A DNA stretch of 63,049 nucleotides, filler included, from Globobulimina sp. (Eukaryota), in NCBI GenBank assembly GCA_003354225.1. It is 47 parts of 47 records of this genome, joined end to end, with 100 filler letters (N's around TTAATTAATTAA, not from the genome) between each part and the next. Parts side by side here need not be neighbours in the genome. Positions count along the whole stretch, not along the records: positions 61,808 to 63,049 come from PIVH01020265.1; 46 more parts are not named here. One strand, written 5' to 3'. A program made the position numbers and the translations under genes. Below, one piece after another: positions 61,878 to 63,049 of the stretch (position 1 is the first letter of the stretch; each line of letters begins with the position of its first letter). The notes below the pieces were generated by a model. The model was not told where the DNA came from. It made no database searches and was given only the letters and a program-made list of their open reading frames with translations.

Positions 61878-63049
61878 ATGGAGCCAGCCTTTCAAAGTAG
61901 TATTAACGTCCATGCGTGGAATCAAGGACACAATCAATTAGCAATCTCGCCAAACACACGCGATGTCTGGATATATAGTGCGAAAAATGCCAACGTGAAA
62001 TCGTGGAAAAAGATTCATGAATTAGAAGGTCATCAGATGCGCGTGACCGGCATCGATTGGTCGCATTGCACCAATGCCATCGCCACCTCCTCGCACGATC
62101 GCAATGCCTATGTCTGGACTGAGCATAAAAACGAATGGAAACCGACCTTAGTGGTCCTGCGGATCGGTCGCGCCGCAACGTGCATCAAATGGAGTCCCGA
62201 TGGGATGAAATTCGCAGTCGGCTCTGGCTCCAAACAAATACCAGTTTGCCATTATGAAAAATCGCAAGATATGTGGGTCGCTAAAATGATCAAAAAAGCC
62301 GGCAAATCGTCCATTTTAGCCCTGGATTGGTCGCCGAATAATATGTTTATTATTGCTGGTGGTTCAGACTTTAAATGCCGTTTATTTTCCGCCTACATAA
62401 AAGGCATCGATGCAGAGTTAAGTTTAAATCCATATGCATGGCCACGCAAATTCGCAATATAACTATGGCCATTCCACAGATGTAAAGTGGATGACTATGA
62501 CGGCGCCATTGATGGCAAAGCAGCCTCTTCTTTTGGTACATTATTGTGTGAGTTTGATACATGTAAAGGATGGATAGAATCGTGTGTGTTTAGTGGGAGT
62601 GGAATGCGATTTGCATTCACCGGACATGACTCGAGTGTACATTTTGGAAGTTTTGATGGCGGCGAAACCACGGTACAGAGTCTAAGGAGAAGGGAATTGC
62701 CATTGCGATGCATTGCATTTTTAACAGATACCGTCTGTGTCGGCGCTGGTTATGATTGTATACCGATATTATATGAGTATAGCGACGGGGAATGGATTGA
62801 AGCGGGGCCCATTGATACCGGCGCAAAATCCAAAGCAGCGCCAAAAAAAACAAAATCTGCATTTGGTTCTGCGTTTAGTAAATTTAATAAAGCGAGTCAA
62901 CTCGGCGGGGCTGGCAAGGCGGATAACATTGCGTTGCCGTTTCGACATCAAAATATGATCAATGACATCATTCCATATTCAAAAACACAATTTACCACTT
63001 CGAGCGTGGACGGACGGGTCTTATTTTGGGATTTGAAAAAGAAATATTA
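61878..63049 (+). CDS. ARPC1: Arp2/3 complex subunit 1 (p41-Arc), intron 62417-62479
   Basis: HAWN..AISPN; DRNAYVW; WKPTLVVLRI.RAAT..KWSP; after splicing the frame runs to SVDGRVLFWDL. Confidence 0.95.

Noticed and set aside
1-63049. Bacterial genes next to eukaryotic genes as HGT islands or operons
   Set aside because: Adjacency is across spacers between length-sorted contigs.

Overview
This is not a contiguous locus. It is 47 unrelated, length-sorted contigs (1245 to 1242 nt) joined by an artificial 100-nt spacer (44 N + TTAATTAATTAA + 44 N), so neighbourhood across spacers means nothing and most genes are truncated. Most contigs look like an AT-rich protist with short (mostly 50-90 nt) GT-AG introns; the lineage-type gene families suggest a foraminiferan/rhizarian (inference). 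These carry 6PGD, PKG-like kinase, H2A, G-gamma, NHE, CTL, GT8, RidA, gelsolin-like, GH15, DNAI1, ARPC1 and tRNA-Ala(CGC). There are also bacterial contigs (Desulfobacterota-like regulators; Bacteroidota-like clcA, sensor and PAP2) and one nematode-type chemoreceptor. Mobile DNA is abundant: Helitron, Polinton-type integrase, Gag, LINE RT/EN, several MITEs and palindromes. The strongest non-annotated signals are: a 1124-nt circular or tandem unit almost filled by one hydrophobic ORF; a Penelope-type minimal hammerhead ribozyme; a tRNA-like RNA with a shrunken anticodon arm in two contigs, once inside a TA-flanked MITE; a shared TA|CAGTAG transposon end that truncates H2A; and an NRPS-type reductase domain. 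All family calls come from motif recognition by eye; no database search was run.
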